Shown piece after piece: positions 50,650 through 61,681 of a DNA stretch of 64,000 nucleotides. The translations under genes and the position numbers were made by a program. The first letter of the stretch is position 1. Every line of letters starts with the position of its first letter. The notes under the pieces were generated by a model, which ran no database searches, was not told where the DNA came from, and worked only from the letters and a program-made list of their open reading frames with translations. Origin of the DNA: an uncultured Clostridia bacterium (lineage in GTDB: Bacteria; Bacillota; Clostridia; TANB77; CAG-508); NCBI GenBank assembly GCA_934183325.1, contig CAKPSH010000004.1, forward strand, positions 27,433 to 91,432. Direction: 5' to 3'.

Positions 50650-51144
50650 ATGGAAGAAAATCAAAATCCAGTAGAATTAAAAGAAAAGGTTGTTTCTATC
50701 AGCAGAGTAGCAAAAGTTGTTAAAGGTGGTAGAACATTTAGATTTAGCGCTGTTGTTGTTGTTGGAGACGAAAAAGGACATATTGGTGTAGGAAATGGTA
50801 AATCATCAGAAGTTCCTGATGCTATCAAAAAAGCTATCCAAGATGCAAAGAAAAATCTAGTAACAGTACCTGTTGTTGGAACAACAATTCCACATGAATT
50901 TGTAGGAAGATCTGGAAGTGCAAGAGTTATATTAAAACCTGCTGCAGTTGGTACAGGACTTATAACAGGAGGAAGTGTAAGACCAGTTCTTGAACTTGCA
51001 GGATACAGAGATGTAAGAACAAAGATAATTGGAACAACAAATCCAAGAAACGTAGTAGCAGCTACAATTCAAGCTTTAACAAGCATGAGTACAATAGAAT
51101 CAGTAGCAGCAAAAAGAGGTAAAAAAGTAGAAGATATTCTATAG
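50650..51144 (+). CDS. rpsE: 30S ribosomal protein S5
   Basis: Canonical S5 ([15 protein letters not shown]). Confidence 0.95.
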   Translation: MEENQNPVELKEKVVSISRVAKVVKGGRTFRFSAVVVVGDEKGHIGVGNGKSSEVPDAIKKAIQDAKKNLVTVPVVGTTIPHEFVGRSGSARVILKPAAVGTGLITGGSVRPVLELAGYRDVRTKIIGTTNPRNVVAATIQALTSMSTIESVAAKRGKKVEDIL

Positions 51145-51232
51145 TTCTTAGCTTATATCAAGCGAAGCTAGAATGAAAAAACTTAGAAATAATAAATGAT
51201 AAAATGAATCAATAAAGAAGGAGGGAAAAAAG

Positions 51233-51667
51233 ATGCAACTAGGAGAATTAAAATCAGCTACAGCTAAAGTTTCAAGAAGAAGAATCGGACGTGGTGTAGG
51301 TTCTGGTCTTGGAAAAACTTCTGGAAAAGGACATAAAGGACAAAAAGCAAGAAGTGGTGGAGGAGTAAGACGTGGATTTGAAGGTGGTCAAACTCCATTA
51401 TATAGAAGATTACCAAAAAGAGGATTCAAAAATGTACATGCAAAAGAATATACAGAAGTAACTTTAACTATGTTAAATAAATCAACAGTTGAAGAAGTTG
51501 ATGCAGCAACACTTTTAGCAGATGGTATAATTAAAAAAGTAAGAGATGGAATCGTTATCTTAGGAACAGGTTCTATCGAAAAGAAATTGACAGTTAAAGC
51601 AAATAGATTTACAAAATCTGCAGGAGAAAAAATAGTAGCTGCAGGAGGAAAGATAGAGGTGATTTAA
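51233..51667 (+). CDS. rplO: 50S ribosomal protein L15
   Basis: Canonical L15; no L30 gene in the 88-nt gap after rpsE. Confidence 0.95.
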   Translation: MQLGELKSATAKVSRRRIGRGVGSGLGKTSGKGHKGQKARSGGGVRRGFEGGQTPLYRRLPKRGFKNVHAKEYTEVTLTMLNKSTVEEVDAATLLADGIIKKVRDGIVILGTGSIEKKLTVKANRFTKSAGEKIVAAGGKIEVI

Positions 51668-52990
51668 TTGTTACAAACAATAAAGAATGCAATTAAAACT
51701 CCAGATGTAAGAAAAAGATTACTATATACATTATTGCTTATAGTAATCTTTAGGCTTGGTTGTTATTTAACAGTTCCAGGTGTAGATAGTATAGCACTTG
51801 AAAAAGCAATGAATACTACTACAGCTGGATTTGGTGGTTTAATTAATATAATTTCCGGAGGAGCTTTATCAAGATTTACAATGTTTGCTATGAGTATAAG
51901 TCCTTATATCACAGCATCAATTGTAATTCAATTACTTGCAATGGTAATTCCATCATGGGAGAAAATGGCAAAAGAAGGTGGAGAATTAGGTAGACAAAAA
52001 CTTAATAAATACACCAAATTGCTAACAGTTGTACTAGCAATAGTAGAAGGATTAGGAATTTATTTATCTTATAAATCATATGGAATTTTCGTAGATGATA
52101 CAGTATTAACTGGAATAACAGTTGTATTATCATTAGTAACAGGTACTTGCTTACTTATGTGGCTTGGAGATGAAATATCAAACAAGGGAATAGGTAATGG
52201 AATATCAGTTATAATATTTGTTGGTATTATATCAGGTTTACCAGGAGTAGTAGTTACATTATTTAATTTAATATTTACATCATCAGGATTTTCAACAACA
52301 GGTTTAATAACAACTTTAGGAATTATAATTGGAGCAATTATTCTTGTAGCAGGAGTTGTATTTGTACAAGAAGCTGAAAGAAGAGTTCCAGTACAATATG
52401 CAAAAAAAGTAGTAGGAAGAAAAATGTATGGAGGACAAAATACACATATACCACTTAAACTGGTTATGGCTGGTGTTATGCCAATAATTTTTGCCTCATC
52501 ATTTATGACATTCCCTGCAATGATAATTTCAATGTTTAATCAAAACATTGCATCAGAAACAGGTTTTTGGTCAGTAATATATAAATTTTCACTTGCTACT
52601 TCATCATCAAGTGTACCAATAGGATATACAATAGTTAATGCAATTGTATATTTACTATTAATAGTAGGATTTACATTCTTTTATACTTATGCAACATTTA
52701 ATCCAGCAGAAGTATCAAGCAATATAAAGAAAAATGGAGGATTTATACCTGGAATTAGAGCTGGGAAACCAACAACAGATTATTTATCTTCTATAATAAC
52801 AAAAATAACTTGGTTTGGAGGACTATTCTTAGCTGTAATAGCAATACTACCAATGTTATTAAGATTTACAAATCTAGATATTTCTTTCGGAGGAACATCT
52901 ATACTAATCATAGTAGGAGTTGCACTAGAAATTGTACAACAATTAGAATCTCAATTAGTAATGAGACATTACAAGGGATTCTTAGATTAA
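51668..52990 (+). CDS. secY: Preprotein translocase subunit SecY
   Basis: 10-TM SecY; TTG start overlapping rplO stop, after GAGGTGA. Confidence 0.9.
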   Translation: MLQTIKNAIKTPDVRKRLLYTLLLIVIFRLGCYLTVPGVDSIALEKAMNTTTAGFGGLINIISGGALSRFTMFAMSISPYITASIVIQLLAMVIPSWEKMAKEGGELGRQKLNKYTKLLTVVLAIVEGLGIYLSYKSYGIFVDDTVLTGITVVLSLVTGTCLLMWLGDEISNKGIGNGISVIIFVGIISGLPGVVVTLFNLIFTSSGFSTTGLITTLGIIIGAIILVAGVVFVQEAERRVPVQYAKKVVGRKMYGGQNTHIPLKLVMAGVMPIIFASSFMTFPAMIISMFNQNIASETGFWSVIYKFSLATSSSSVPIGYTIVNAIVYLLLIVGFTFFYTYATFNPAEVSSNIKKNGGFIPGIRAGKPTTDYLSSIITKITWFGGLFLAVIAILPMLLRFTNLDISFGGTSILIIVGVALEIVQQLESQLVMRHYKGFLD

Positions 52991-53010
52991 ATTTGAAGGG
53001 AAATAAAATT

Positions 53011-53670
53011 ATGATATTAATTATGTTAGGAGCACCTGGTACAGGAAAAGGAACAGTTGCTGGAATTCTTTCAAAAGAATTAGGAATTGTTAGTGTATCA
53101 AGTGGTGATATATTTAGAAAAGCAATATCAGAAAAAACAGAATTAGGAAAAGAAGTTGAAGGATATCTTGCAAAAGGAGCATTAGTTCCTGATGATTTAA
53201 CAATAAGAGTTATTGAAGCAAGATTATTAGAACCAGATTTAAAAGATGGTGTAATATTAGATGGATTTCCTAGAACAACTCATCAAGCAGAAGTGCTAGA
53301 AGAATTCTTAAAAGAGCATGGAAAGGAAGTTACAAAAGTAATAAACTTAGTAACACCTGAAGAAGAAATTGTCGAAAGAATAGTAAATAGAAGAATATGC
53401 TCAAATCAAAATTGCAAGACAGTATATAATATAAAATTAAATCCACCAAAAGTAGAAGGAATCTGTGACATCTGTGGAGAAAAATTAATTCAAAGAAAAG
53501 ATGACACAGAAGAAGTTATCAAAAGTAGATTGAATACATATTATACTGAAACTGCACCAATAGAAAAATTCTATGAGGAAAAAGGAAAACTATATTCAAC
53601 AAAAGTTAGCCAAAAGATAAATAGATTAGCTCAAGAAGTTGCTAATGATGTTGTAAAATTATTAAAATAA
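53011..53670 (+). CDS. adk: Adenylate kinase (zinc-binding LID: C..C..C..C)
   Basis: MILIMLGAPGTGKGT P-loop, LID CSNQNCKTVY..CDICGEKL; the track ORF from 52810 is an over-extension into secY. Confidence 0.95.
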   Translation: MILIMLGAPGTGKGTVAGILSKELGIVSVSSGDIFRKAISEKTELGKEVEGYLAKGALVPDDLTIRVIEARLLEPDLKDGVILDGFPRTTHQAEVLEEFLKEHGKEVTKVINLVTPEEEIVERIVNRRICSNQNCKTVYNIKLNPPKVEGICDICGEKLIQRKDDTEEVIKSRLNTYYTETAPIEKFYEEKGKLYSTKVSQKINRLAQEVANDVVKLLK

Positions 53671-53723
53671 TTATTAGAGCTTAAAAGCTGATATAAAAGT
53701 TTTGGGTAGCTAAGCAAAAGAGA

Positions 53724-53752
53724 AAGTCGGAAATATTTAATATATCCGACTT
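53724..53752 (+). terminator. Hairpin after adk (weak terminator; a second 9-bp-arm hairpin follows at 53755-53778)
   Basis: aagtcgga-13nt-tccgactt; T-run weak. Confidence 0.3.
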
Positions 53753-53911
53753 AATTGTATACTAGGAAAAGTATACAAAAATAAGTTTATGTAAAGCAAA
53801 AAAGTATAAAAATACTTAATATATATTTTATTTTAATTATAAATATCTGCATAATTTTATAAAAGAGAATAGAAAGGATGTTGGTGTAAGTACCAACAAA
53901 GATATAAAATA

Positions 53912-54682
53912 ATGATAGAAATAAAATCTAAAAGAGAAATTGAATTAATGAAAGAAGCTTGTAGAGTTACAGCATTAGTACATAAAACACTTGAAGAAGC
54001 CATAAGACCAGGAATAACAACATTAGAATTAGATAGAATTGCTGAAAAAGTAATAAGAGAAAATGGAGGAATTCCTGCTGAAAAAGGTTATCCAAGTGGA
54101 GAAAAAGGAGTAATGGATTTCCCAGGTTCAATATGTGCATCAGTAAATGATGAGGTAATACACGGAATACCATCAAATAGAGTAAGATTAAAAGAAGGAG
54201 ACGTAATAAGTATAGATCTTGTTACATACAAAGATGGTTATAATGGTGATGCTGCTAGAACACATATAGTTGGAAAAGGTTCAGAACAAGATAGAAAGCT
54301 AGTAGAAGTAACTAAACAATCTTTTTTCGAAGGAATAAAATTTGCAAAAGTAGGATATAGAATAGGAGATATTTCTTATGCAATACAACAATATGTTGAA
54401 AAAAACGGATTTAGTGTTGTAAGAGAATTTCAAGGACACGGAATAGGAAGACAAATGCATGAAGATCCAGGAATACCAAACTATGGAAAACCAGGAAAAG
54501 GTCCAAAGTTGGAAGCTGGAATGACACTTGCAATTGAACCTATGGTTATAATGGGAAAGCCAGATATATGGGAATTGGAAGATGGATGGACAATAGTTAC
54601 TCAAGATGGAACAAAAGCCGCTCATTATGAAAATACCATTTTAATAACAGAAAAAGAACCAAAAGTGTTGACATTATATTAA
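53912..54682 (+). CDS. map: Type I methionine aminopeptidase
   Basis: Canonical MetAP1 metal ligands (D..D..H..E..E pattern), ~255 aa. Confidence 0.9.
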   Translation: MIEIKSKREIELMKEACRVTALVHKTLEEAIRPGITTLELDRIAEKVIRENGGIPAEKGYPSGEKGVMDFPGSICASVNDEVIHGIPSNRVRLKEGDVISIDLVTYKDGYNGDAARTHIVGKGSEQDRKLVEVTKQSFFEGIKFAKVGYRIGDISYAIQQYVEKNGFSVVREFQGHGIGRQMHEDPGIPNYGKPGKGPKLEAGMTLAIEPMVIMGKPDIWELEDGWTIVTQDGTKAAHYENTILITEKEPKVLTLY

Positions 54683-54751
54683 AAATATTATATAATATTA
54701 CAGTTAACTAGAATAATTAAATGTTACATAATATGAAAGGGGAGAAATCAA

Positions 54752-54970
54752 TTGGCAAAAGAAGATATTATTGAAGTTGATGGAATAGTTGTAGAAACTT
54801 TACCAAGTACTACTTTTAGAGTAGAAATAGAGGGAGGACATAAGGTACTTGCTCAAATATCAGGAAAGTTAAGACAAAATTTTATCAAAATATTACCAGG
54901 AGATAAAGTTCACTTAGAAATATCACCTTATGATTTATCAAGAGGACGAATCGTATGGCGTGCAAAATAA
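54752..54970 (+). CDS. infA: Translation initiation factor IF-1
   Basis: [29 protein letters not shown].. canonical IF-1. Confidence 0.95.
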   Translation: MAKEDIIEVDGIVVETLPSTTFRVEIEGGHKVLAQISGKLRQNFIKILPGDKVHLEISPYDLSRGRIVWRAK

Positions 54971-55008
54971 TGTAACAGTTAATATAAAAATTCAGGGAGG
55001 TAAAAACA

Positions 55009-55122
55009 ATGAAAGTAAGACCATCAGTAAAACCAATGTGTGAAAAATGCAAAGTTATAAAAAGAAAAGGTGTTATTAGAGTTATTTGTGAAAATCCAAA
55101 ACATAAACAAAGACAAGGCTAA
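55009..55122 (+). CDS. rpmJ: 50S ribosomal protein L36
   Basis: [37 protein letters not shown]; below ORF-track cutoff; RBS GGGAGG. Confidence 0.9.
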   Translation: MKVRPSVKPMCEKCKVIKRKGVIRVICENPKHKQRQG

Positions 55123-55151
55123 TAACCAATTAATTTAATTAAATTTGATAT

Positions 55152-55206
55152 TAACACAAATTTGTTGCGGCTGACAAGCCTCAATAGGCTTACTCAAGTT
55201 TGTGTT
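55152..55206 (+). terminator. Long imperfect hairpin after rpmJ (terminator/attenuator-like)
   Basis: aacacaaatttg...caagtttgtgtt outer stem and aagcct-caat-aggctt inner stem. Confidence 0.35.
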
Positions 55207-55344
55207 TATATATATTTAGTTTATTAGAAAAATTATACAAATATGTATAAATTCGGTAAACTAAGTCAAAATAGCTTAATACTATTTTGAAAATACACAA
55301 AAAAATGATTACTATTGCATTTGTCAACATAAGATATTTAAAAA

Positions 55345-55376
55345 AGTGGATAACTTTGTGGATAACTTGTGATAAA
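55345..55376 (+). promoter_or_regulatory. Cluster of DnaA-box-like motifs upstream of rpsM
   Basis: aGTGGATAA (55345-55353), TGTGGATAA (55357-55365, perfect reverse-complement of TTATCCACA), TGTGaTAAa (55368-55376), all same orientation. Confidence 0.35.
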
Positions 55377-55519
55377 TTGAATAAAAGCAATACATTTCAG
55401 GTTATTTTAATGTGTAAATTCTTTTTTTAGAAATATAATTCTCAAAAAAGATATAAGGAAAACTTTAATAAAGCCTTAAAAGGTTTTCTATAAAATAAAA
55501 ATCGGAGGTGCTAAAATAT

Positions 55520-55897
55520 ATGGCTCGTATAGCAGGTGTAGATTTACCTAAAGAAAAGAGAGTTGAAATAGGACTTACTTATATTTATGGTATAGGTTTA
55601 ACAAGTTCACAAAATATCTTATCTAAAGCTGGAATAAATCCAGATACTAGAATCAAAGATTTAACAGATGAAGAAGTTAATAGCATAAGAAAAATAATAG
55701 ATGAAGAATATAAAGTTGAAGGTGATTTAAGACGTGATATAGCTCTTAACATCAAAAGACTTAAAGAAATTGGATGCTATAGAGGATTAAGACATAGAAA
55801 AGGTTTACCAGTTAGAGGACAAAGAACAAAAACTAATGCTCGTACAAGAAAAGGTCCAAAAAAAGCAGTTATAAAGAGCAAAACTGCAACAAAATAA
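55520..55897 (+). CDS. rpsM: 30S ribosomal protein S13
   Basis: [26 protein letters not shown].. canonical S13; start ATG 55520 after GGAGGTG. Confidence 0.95.
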   Translation: MARIAGVDLPKEKRVEIGLTYIYGIGLTSSQNILSKAGINPDTRIKDLTDEEVNSIRKIIDEEYKVEGDLRRDIALNIKRLKEIGCYRGLRHRKGLPVRGQRTKTNARTRKGPKKAVIKSKTATK

Positions 55898-55914
55898 GGA
55901 AGGAGTAAGTTAAA

Positions 55915-56313
55915 ATGGCTAAAACTCAACAAGCAACAAAAAGAACAGCAAAAAGAAATAGAAAAAACATTGATAAAGGTGCTGCACATATTCATTCTAG
56001 TTTCAATAACACAATTGTTACAATAACAGATTCTCAAGGAAATGTTATTTCATGGGCAAGTGCAGGTGGATTAGGATTCAAAGGTTCAAGAAAAAGTACA
56101 CCATTTGCAGCTGGAGAAGCAGCTGAAACTGCTGCAAAAGCAGGAATGGAACATGGATTAAAAACTGTAGAAGTATTTGTAAAAGGACCAGGTGCAGGAC
56201 GTGAAGCTGCAATCAGATCACTTCAAACAGCAGGTCTAGAGATTAGTGCTATAAAAGATATAACACCAATTCCTCATAATGGATGTAGACCACCAAAAAG
56301 AAGAAGAGTTTAA
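55915..56313 (+). CDS. rpsK: 30S ribosomal protein S11
   Basis: Canonical S11. Confidence 0.95.
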   Translation: MAKTQQATKRTAKRNRKNIDKGAAHIHSSFNNTIVTITDSQGNVISWASAGGLGFKGSRKSTPFAAGEAAETAAKAGMEHGLKTVEVFVKGPGAGREAAIRSLQTAGLEISAIKDITPIPHNGCRPPKRRRV

Positions 56314-56349
56314 TAAATTAAAAAATATAGAAAGAGGTGTAATTATTAC

Positions 56350-56976
56350 ATGTCAAGATTTAAAGATGAACAATGCCGTATTTGCCGTAGACAAGGTCAA
56401 AAATTGTTCTTAAAAGGTTCAAGATGCTATTCAGATAAATGTAGTATATCAAGAAGAAATTATGCTCCAGGTGAACATACTACAAAGAAAGCAAAACTTT
56501 CAGAATATGGTATTCAATTAAGAGAAAAACAAAAAACAAAAGCATTTTATGGAGTTAGAGAAAATCAATTTAGAAAATATTTTACAATGGCTGAAAGAGA
56601 AAAAGGAATTACTGGTGAAGAATTATTAAAAATTCTTGAAAGTAGATTAGATAATGTTGTTTATAGATTAGGATATGGTTCTTCAAGACCACAAGCTAGA
56701 CAACTAGTAAACCACGGTTTATTCGAAGTTAATGGTCATAAGGTTGACATTGCTTCTTATCTAGTAAAAGAAGGAGACATAATCAAAGTTAGAGAAAATA
56801 AAAAGGATGCAGAAATAATTAAACAAAATGTTGAATCTAATTCTGCAAGACCTGTTCCAGCTTGGCTTGAAAAAGATGTAAAAGAATTAAGCGGTAAAGT
56901 AGTAAGAAAACCATCTAGAGAAGATGTTGACTTACAAGTTGAAGAACACTTCATCGTTGAGTTATACTCTAAATAG
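56350..56976 (+). CDS. rpsD: 30S ribosomal protein S4 (zinc-binding N-terminus)
   Basis: Canonical S4 with C..C..C..C N-terminal motif. Confidence 0.95.
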   Translation: MSRFKDEQCRICRRQGQKLFLKGSRCYSDKCSISRRNYAPGEHTTKKAKLSEYGIQLREKQKTKAFYGVRENQFRKYFTMAEREKGITGEELLKILESRLDNVVYRLGYGSSRPQARQLVNHGLFEVNGHKVDIASYLVKEGDIIKVRENKKDAEIIKQNVESNSARPVPAWLEKDVKELSGKVVRKPSREDVDLQVEEHFIVELYSK

Positions 56977-57047
56977 AATTTAATACTTTAACATAATTTA
57001 GGCTATATGAGAAAGGCCTCAAAAAATAATATATAGTGGAGGTAAAA

Positions 57048-57995
57048 ATGATAGAATTTGAAAAGCCAAATATTGAATGTATAGATGTAGATGAAAAAAA
57101 TAACTATGCTAAATTTGTTTGTGAACCATTAGAAAGAGGATATGGAGTAACAATAGGAAACTCTTTAAGAAGAATATTGTTATCATCACTTCCAGGATGT
57201 GCAATAACAAGCATAAAAGTAGATGGTGTAGTTCATGAATTCTCTACAATACCAGATGTAGTAGAAGACGTTTCTGAATTAATAGTAAACTTAAAAGGTG
57301 TTAGATTCAAATCTTTTGACAACGAAGATAAAATCGTAAAGATAGACTTTAGTGGAGAAGGCGAAGTAACAGCTGGAGATATTCAAACAGATGGTACAAT
57401 TGAAGTTTTAAATCCAGACTTACATATCGCAACAGTAGCTGAAGGTGGTCATTTAAAAATAGAAATGACAGTTGAAAAAGGAAGAGGATATAATACTGCT
57501 GCTAAAAATAAGAAACCAAACCAAGATATATCTGTATTACCGATAGATTCAATTTTTACACCAGTGAAGAAAGTAAATTATTCTGTAGAAAACACAAGAG
57601 TTGGACAAATGGTTGATTTTGATAAATTAGTTATTGAAGTATGGACAGATGGAAGCTTAAAAGCTTATGAAGCATTAAGTTTAGCAGCTAAAGTAATAGT
57701 TGGACATCTTGAATTATTCATAGATTTATCTGAAACAGCAAAAAATACTCAGGTTATGGTAGAAAAGGAAGAATCAAAAACAGCAAAAGTATTAGAAATG
57801 TCTATAGAAGATTTGGAATTATCTGTAAGATCATTCAATTGCTTAAAAAGAGCTGGAATTTCAACAGTTCAAGACTTGACTAACAAAACTGAAGCTGATA
57901 TGATGAAAGTAAGAAATTTAGGAAAGAAATCATTAGATGAAGTAACACATAAGTTATATTCATTAGGATTAGGCTTTGCTAAAGACGAGGGATAA
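57048..57995 (+). CDS. rpoA: DNA-directed RNA polymerase subunit alpha
   Basis: NTD dimerisation domain and CTD ([32 protein letters not shown]); start ATG 57048 after GGAGGT. Confidence 0.95.
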   Translation: MIEFEKPNIECIDVDEKNNYAKFVCEPLERGYGVTIGNSLRRILLSSLPGCAITSIKVDGVVHEFSTIPDVVEDVSELIVNLKGVRFKSFDNEDKIVKIDFSGEGEVTAGDIQTDGTIEVLNPDLHIATVAEGGHLKIEMTVEKGRGYNTAAKNKKPNQDISVLPIDSIFTPVKKVNYSVENTRVGQMVDFDKLVIEVWTDGSLKAYEALSLAAKVIVGHLELFIDLSETAKNTQVMVEKEESKTAKVLEMSIEDLELSVRSFNCLKRAGISTVQDLTNKTEADMMKVRNLGKKSLDEVTHKLYSLGLGFAKDEG

Positions 57996-58033
57996 AAATA
58001 TAGAAATTAGAACATTATTGTTTTAAAGAAAGG

Positions 58034-58567
58034 GTGAATAAAGTGGCTAGAAATAGAAAATTAGGAAGAACAACTGATCAAAGATTAGCAATGTTAAAAA
58101 CATTAACAACAGATTTTTTACTATATGGAAAAATTGAAACAACTGAAGCTAGAGCAAAGGAAGTAAAATCAATAGTTGATTCTCTAATCTCACTTGCTGT
58201 TAAGGAAAAAGACAATTTTGAAATGGTAGACGTTAAAGTTAGCCGTGCTAAATTGGATGATAAAGGAAATAAAGTTACTGAAAAAGTAAAGAGCAAAAAT
58301 GGTAAAGAATATTTAAGAGTTGTTAGAGAAGAAGTTACTGAATCTAGACAAAAAGATATGCCAACAAGATTAAATGCTAGAAGAAAAATAATGAGAAAAA
58401 CAAACAAAGTTAAAGATTCAGAAGGTAAAAACATAGATTTACCATCAAAATTATTCAATGAAATAGCTCCAAAATATGCTGATAGAGTTGGAGGATATAC
58501 AAGAATAATAAAATTAGGACAAAGACGTGGAGATGCTGCTGAAGTTGTTCTATTACAATTAGTTTAA
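58034..58567 (+). CDS. rplQ: 50S ribosomal protein L17 (with ~50-aa Lys/Glu-rich internal insertion)
   Basis: N-terminal [17 protein letters not shown] and C-terminal [15 protein letters not shown] canonical L17 flanking an insertion; start GTG 58034 or 58043. Confidence 0.9.
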   Translation: MNKVARNRKLGRTTDQRLAMLKTLTTDFLLYGKIETTEARAKEVKSIVDSLISLAVKEKDNFEMVDVKVSRAKLDDKGNKVTEKVKSKNGKEYLRVVREEVTESRQKDMPTRLNARRKIMRKTNKVKDSEGKNIDLPSKLFNEIAPKYADRVGGYTRIIKLGQRRGDAAEVVLLQLV

Positions 58568-58580
58568 TATAATAAAAAAT

Positions 58581-58610
58581 GTTGAAGTTTTTATCCTTCA
58601 GCATTTTTTT
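58581..58610 (+). terminator. Rho-independent terminator after rplQ
   Basis: tgttgaag-ttttta-tccttcagca hairpin followed by TTTTTTT. Confidence 0.5.
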
Positions 58611-58750
58611 ATATTCTTAGGAAAGTCATCTATGAAATAGTGAGTTTCCTTAGAAAATATTATTCTTGTTTTTTTATTGTATAAAATAATAATGAGAAAA
58701 TAGGATTTTCTTATATGCTTTAAGGCACTTAGAAAATCTTATTTTTTTAT
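58604..58750 (+). repeat. Intergenic repeated element, copy B (shared with 18668-18790)
   Basis: Same ~50-nt block with the cttaggaaa..tttccttag hairpin (58616-58653) and second block ttcttatatgctttaaggcacttagaaaatcttattttttt. Confidence 0.45.
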
Positions 58751-58832
58751 TGAAAAAACTAGTTATACGTGTTAAAATAGCACATATAATAAGTATTTTA
58801 ATATATAAATTAAAATACAAGGAGGAATTAAT

Positions 58833-60065
58833 ATGAGATGTGTAAATGAAAATTTTTTAGAATTACAAGAAAGTTATTTATTCTCAACAGTAGCAAAAAA
58901 AGTAAAAGAATATAGTGAAAAAAATCCAGATAAAAGAATTATAAGACTTGGAATAGGAGATGTAACAAGACCAATAGTTCCAGCAGTTATCGAAGCAATG
59001 CATAAAGCAGTTGATGAAATGGGAACAGCAGAAGCATTTAAGGGATATGGTCCAGAACAAGGTTATGACTTCTTAAGAAATGCTATAATAGAAAATGAAT
59101 ATAAAAACTTAGGAATAGAAGCTGACGAAATATTTGTATCAGATGGAGCAAAATGTGATTGTGGAAATATAGTAGACATATTTTCAACTGATAACAAAGT
59201 TGCAATTACAGATCCTGTATATCCAGTTTATTTAGATACAAACGTAATGTCAGGAAGAAGTGGAAAATACAATAAACAATTAGAAAAATATGAGAATATA
59301 GTATATCTACCAGTAACAGCAGAAAACAATTTTATTCCAGAATTACCAAAAGAAAAAGTAGATATGATATATTTATGTTTTCCAAATAATCCAACAGGAA
59401 CAACACTTACAAAAGAACAACTTAAAGTTTGGGTAGATTATGCAAAAGAAAATAAAGTTGTAATTTTATTTGATTCAGCTTATGAAGCATTTATTACTGA
59501 AGACAATGTACCACATTCTATATATGAAATAGAGGGAGCAAAAGAAGTAGCAATAGAATTCAAAAGTTTCTCAAAAACAGCAGGATTTACAGGAGTAAGA
59601 TGTGCATATACTGTTGTCCCAAAAGAATTAAAATTATATACAAAAACAGGAGAAGAAGTATCAGCAAATAAAATATGGAATAGAAGACAATGTACAAAAT
59701 TTAATGGAGTTCCATATATTACACAAAAAGGAGCTGAAGCTACATATTCTGCAGAAGGAAAAAAACAAATTAAAGAAAATATTAACTACTATCTAGAAAA
59801 TGCAAAAATCATAAAAGAAGGACTTGAAGAAGCTGGATTTACAGTATATGGAGGTGTAAATTCACCATATATATGGTTAAGAGTCCCAGAAGGATTAACA
59901 TCATGGGAATTCTTTGATAAATTACTTGAAGATGTAAATGTAGTAGGAACACCAGGAAGTGGATTTGGACCTCATGGAGAAGGATATTTCAGACTAACAG
60001 CATTTGGAAAAAAAGAAGATACGATAGAAGCAGTAGAAAGAATAAAAAAATTAAAAGTTAACTAA
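58833..60065 (+). CDS. dapL: LL-diaminopimelate aminotransferase-like class I PLP aminotransferase
   Basis: N-terminus [33 protein letters not shown] matches the DapL family pattern; SFSKT PLP-lysine motif; 410 aa. Confidence 0.6.
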   Translation: MRCVNENFLELQESYLFSTVAKKVKEYSEKNPDKRIIRLGIGDVTRPIVPAVIEAMHKAVDEMGTAEAFKGYGPEQGYDFLRNAIIENEYKNLGIEADEIFVSDGAKCDCGNIVDIFSTDNKVAITDPVYPVYLDTNVMSGRSGKYNKQLEKYENIVYLPVTAENNFIPELPKEKVDMIYLCFPNNPTGTTLTKEQLKVWVDYAKENKVVILFDSAYEAFITEDNVPHSIYEIEGAKEVAIEFKSFSKTAGFTGVRCAYTVVPKELKLYTKTGEEVSANKIWNRRQCTKFNGVPYITQKGAEATYSAEGKKQIKENINYYLENAKIIKEGLEEAGFTVYGGVNSPYIWLRVPEGLTSWEFFDKLLEDVNVVGTPGSGFGPHGEGYFRLTAFGKKEDTIEAVERIKKLKVN

Positions 60066-60308
60066 ACATAAAAAAGCAGTGATATGAAAAATATTACTAC
60101 TTTAATAATATTATAAAATTTGCATATATACTTGAATAAACAATATACGCAAACTGAACAAGAGTACATTGTTTAGATATAAATGTAAATGACAATTTTT
60201 CGTGTTTGTCAAATTCAAAATTAATAAAATATCTGTAACCTTTTTCAAAAAAATGTTACTATATATATGTAAGTTAACTGAAAACAAATAAGGAGATTTA
60301 GATCTAAA

Positions 60309-60860
60309 TTGAAAAATATAGTTTTAGAAGAATATTTGATAGAAAAAGAATTAAATATAGATAAAATGATAGATGATTATTACGAATATGTTTATAAAAT
60401 AGTAAAAAATAGTGTAAATATATCGATTACAAATGAAGATATAGAAGAAATAATATCTGATGTGTTTTTTGCTATGTGGAAAAATAGCAAAAGATTAGAA
60501 AAAACAGTAGAAATAAAGCCATATTTAGCAGGCATTGCAAAAAATATTGTAAAAAATAAATACAGAAAGTTAGATTTAAATTTTTCTATATCAGATTATG
60601 AAGAAACAATAATAGATAATTATAGTATTGAAGAAATAGCTGAGCAAAAAGATAAAGATAAAATAATACAAAACACATTAAAACAACTAAGAACAGAAGA
60701 ATATAAGATATTTATAATGTTTTATTATGAAGCAAAAGCAATAAGAGAAATAGCAACAATATTAAACCTATCTATAAGCAATGTAAAAACAATACTTCAT
60801 AGAGTGAGAAAAATAATAAAAATAAAATTAGAAGATGGAGGTTATGGCTATGGAAGATAA
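60309..60860 (+). CDS. ECF-type RNA polymerase sigma factor (sigma-70 family, regions 2 and 4)
   Basis: Region 2 (DVFFAMWKNSKRL) and region 4 HTH (KAIREIATILNLSISNVKTILHRVRKII); TTG start after AAGGAGA. Confidence 0.7.
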   Translation: MKNIVLEEYLIEKELNIDKMIDDYYEYVYKIVKNSVNISITNEDIEEIISDVFFAMWKNSKRLEKTVEIKPYLAGIAKNIVKNKYRKLDLNFSISDYEETIIDNYSIEEIAEQKDKDKIIQNTLKQLRTEEYKIFIMFYYEAKAIREIATILNLSISNVKTILHRVRKIIKIKLEDGGYGYGR

Positions 60861-61596
60861 CAATTTAAAAGAAAACATAAGAAAAAAAGTAAAAGAAAAA
60901 ATAGCTATATCAAACATCAACGAAGAGTTTGATAAAAAAAGTAAAAAAAATAGACAAATAATGTATTGGACAACATCAAGTGCAGCAGTATTGGTATTAG
61001 GAATTGGATTAATAATAGGAAGAAACAATTTAAAAAATACAGATAGTTTAAAAAGTCAAAATTATGAAATCTCAGAATTAAGTCAAAGCGCACCAGAATT
61101 AAGTGTTAGCCAAGATACAGATATTCAAATTAATGAGTTAGAAGGAACAAGAATGGCAAAAATAGATGCCGATGTAAAAAACAAAAATATAGAAGAATTA
61201 CCAGAAAAAATTAAATTCATGAAAAATATATCAATTCCAGAAGAATTTAAACAACTAGACATATATGAAATATATACTAATAGTAATCCAAAAGAAAGAA
61301 AATACGATTTATTACACGATTATGTATTTAACTATAAGAAAGATGATGATAACGAAATCAAGATAGCTTTATCAATGATTGAAGAGCCTATTAGAGACTA
61401 TTGGTATGACGAAGAAAATAAAAAATCTAAAATTGAAGATATTGATGTAGAAATATCACAATATCAAAAACTATATATGGTAACATTCAAAATTGATAAT
61501 ATATATTTTGATATAGAAGCAAATGGAATAACAGAAAATCAATTAATAAATATAATAAAATCAATAATATCACAAAGCAAAATAGACAATAAATAG
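60850..61596 (+). CDS. Putative anti-sigma factor / single-pass membrane protein co-transcribed with the ECF sigma
   Basis: Overlaps sigma stop; cytoplasmic N-terminus, one TM (WTTSSAAVLVLGIGLIIG), extracytoplasmic domain. Confidence 0.4.
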   Translation: MEDNNLKENIRKKVKEKIAISNINEEFDKKSKKNRQIMYWTTSSAAVLVLGIGLIIGRNNLKNTDSLKSQNYEISELSQSAPELSVSQDTDIQINELEGTRMAKIDADVKNKNIEELPEKIKFMKNISIPEEFKQLDIYEIYTNSNPKERKYDLLHDYVFNYKKDDDNEIKIALSMIEEPIRDYWYDEENKKSKIEDIDVEISQYQKLYMVTFKIDNIYFDIEANGITENQLINIIKSIISQSKIDNK

Positions 61597-61681
61597 TAAT
61601 ATTAATAAAAGCTTAATATCCTTGAAATAACTAGGAAAATATGATAAAATACGTAGAAATAAGCAGAAAGTGGAGAGTGTA

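Noticed and set aside
52810-53010. Upstream extension of adk overlapping the 3' end of secY
   Set aside because: Adk starts at MILIMLGAPGTGKGT (53011) with its own RBS. The extension is an alternate frame of secY.
53755-53778. 9-bp-arm inverted repeat ttgtatact-aggaaa-agtatacaa after adk
   Set aside because: It probably belongs to the adk/map intergenic terminator structure. The sequence is too short and generic to call an operator.
58611-58832. Lysine riboswitch (L-box) upstream of dapL
   Set aside because: The region is occupied by the dispersed repeat also found after spoVG. It lacks the L-box conserved helices and length.
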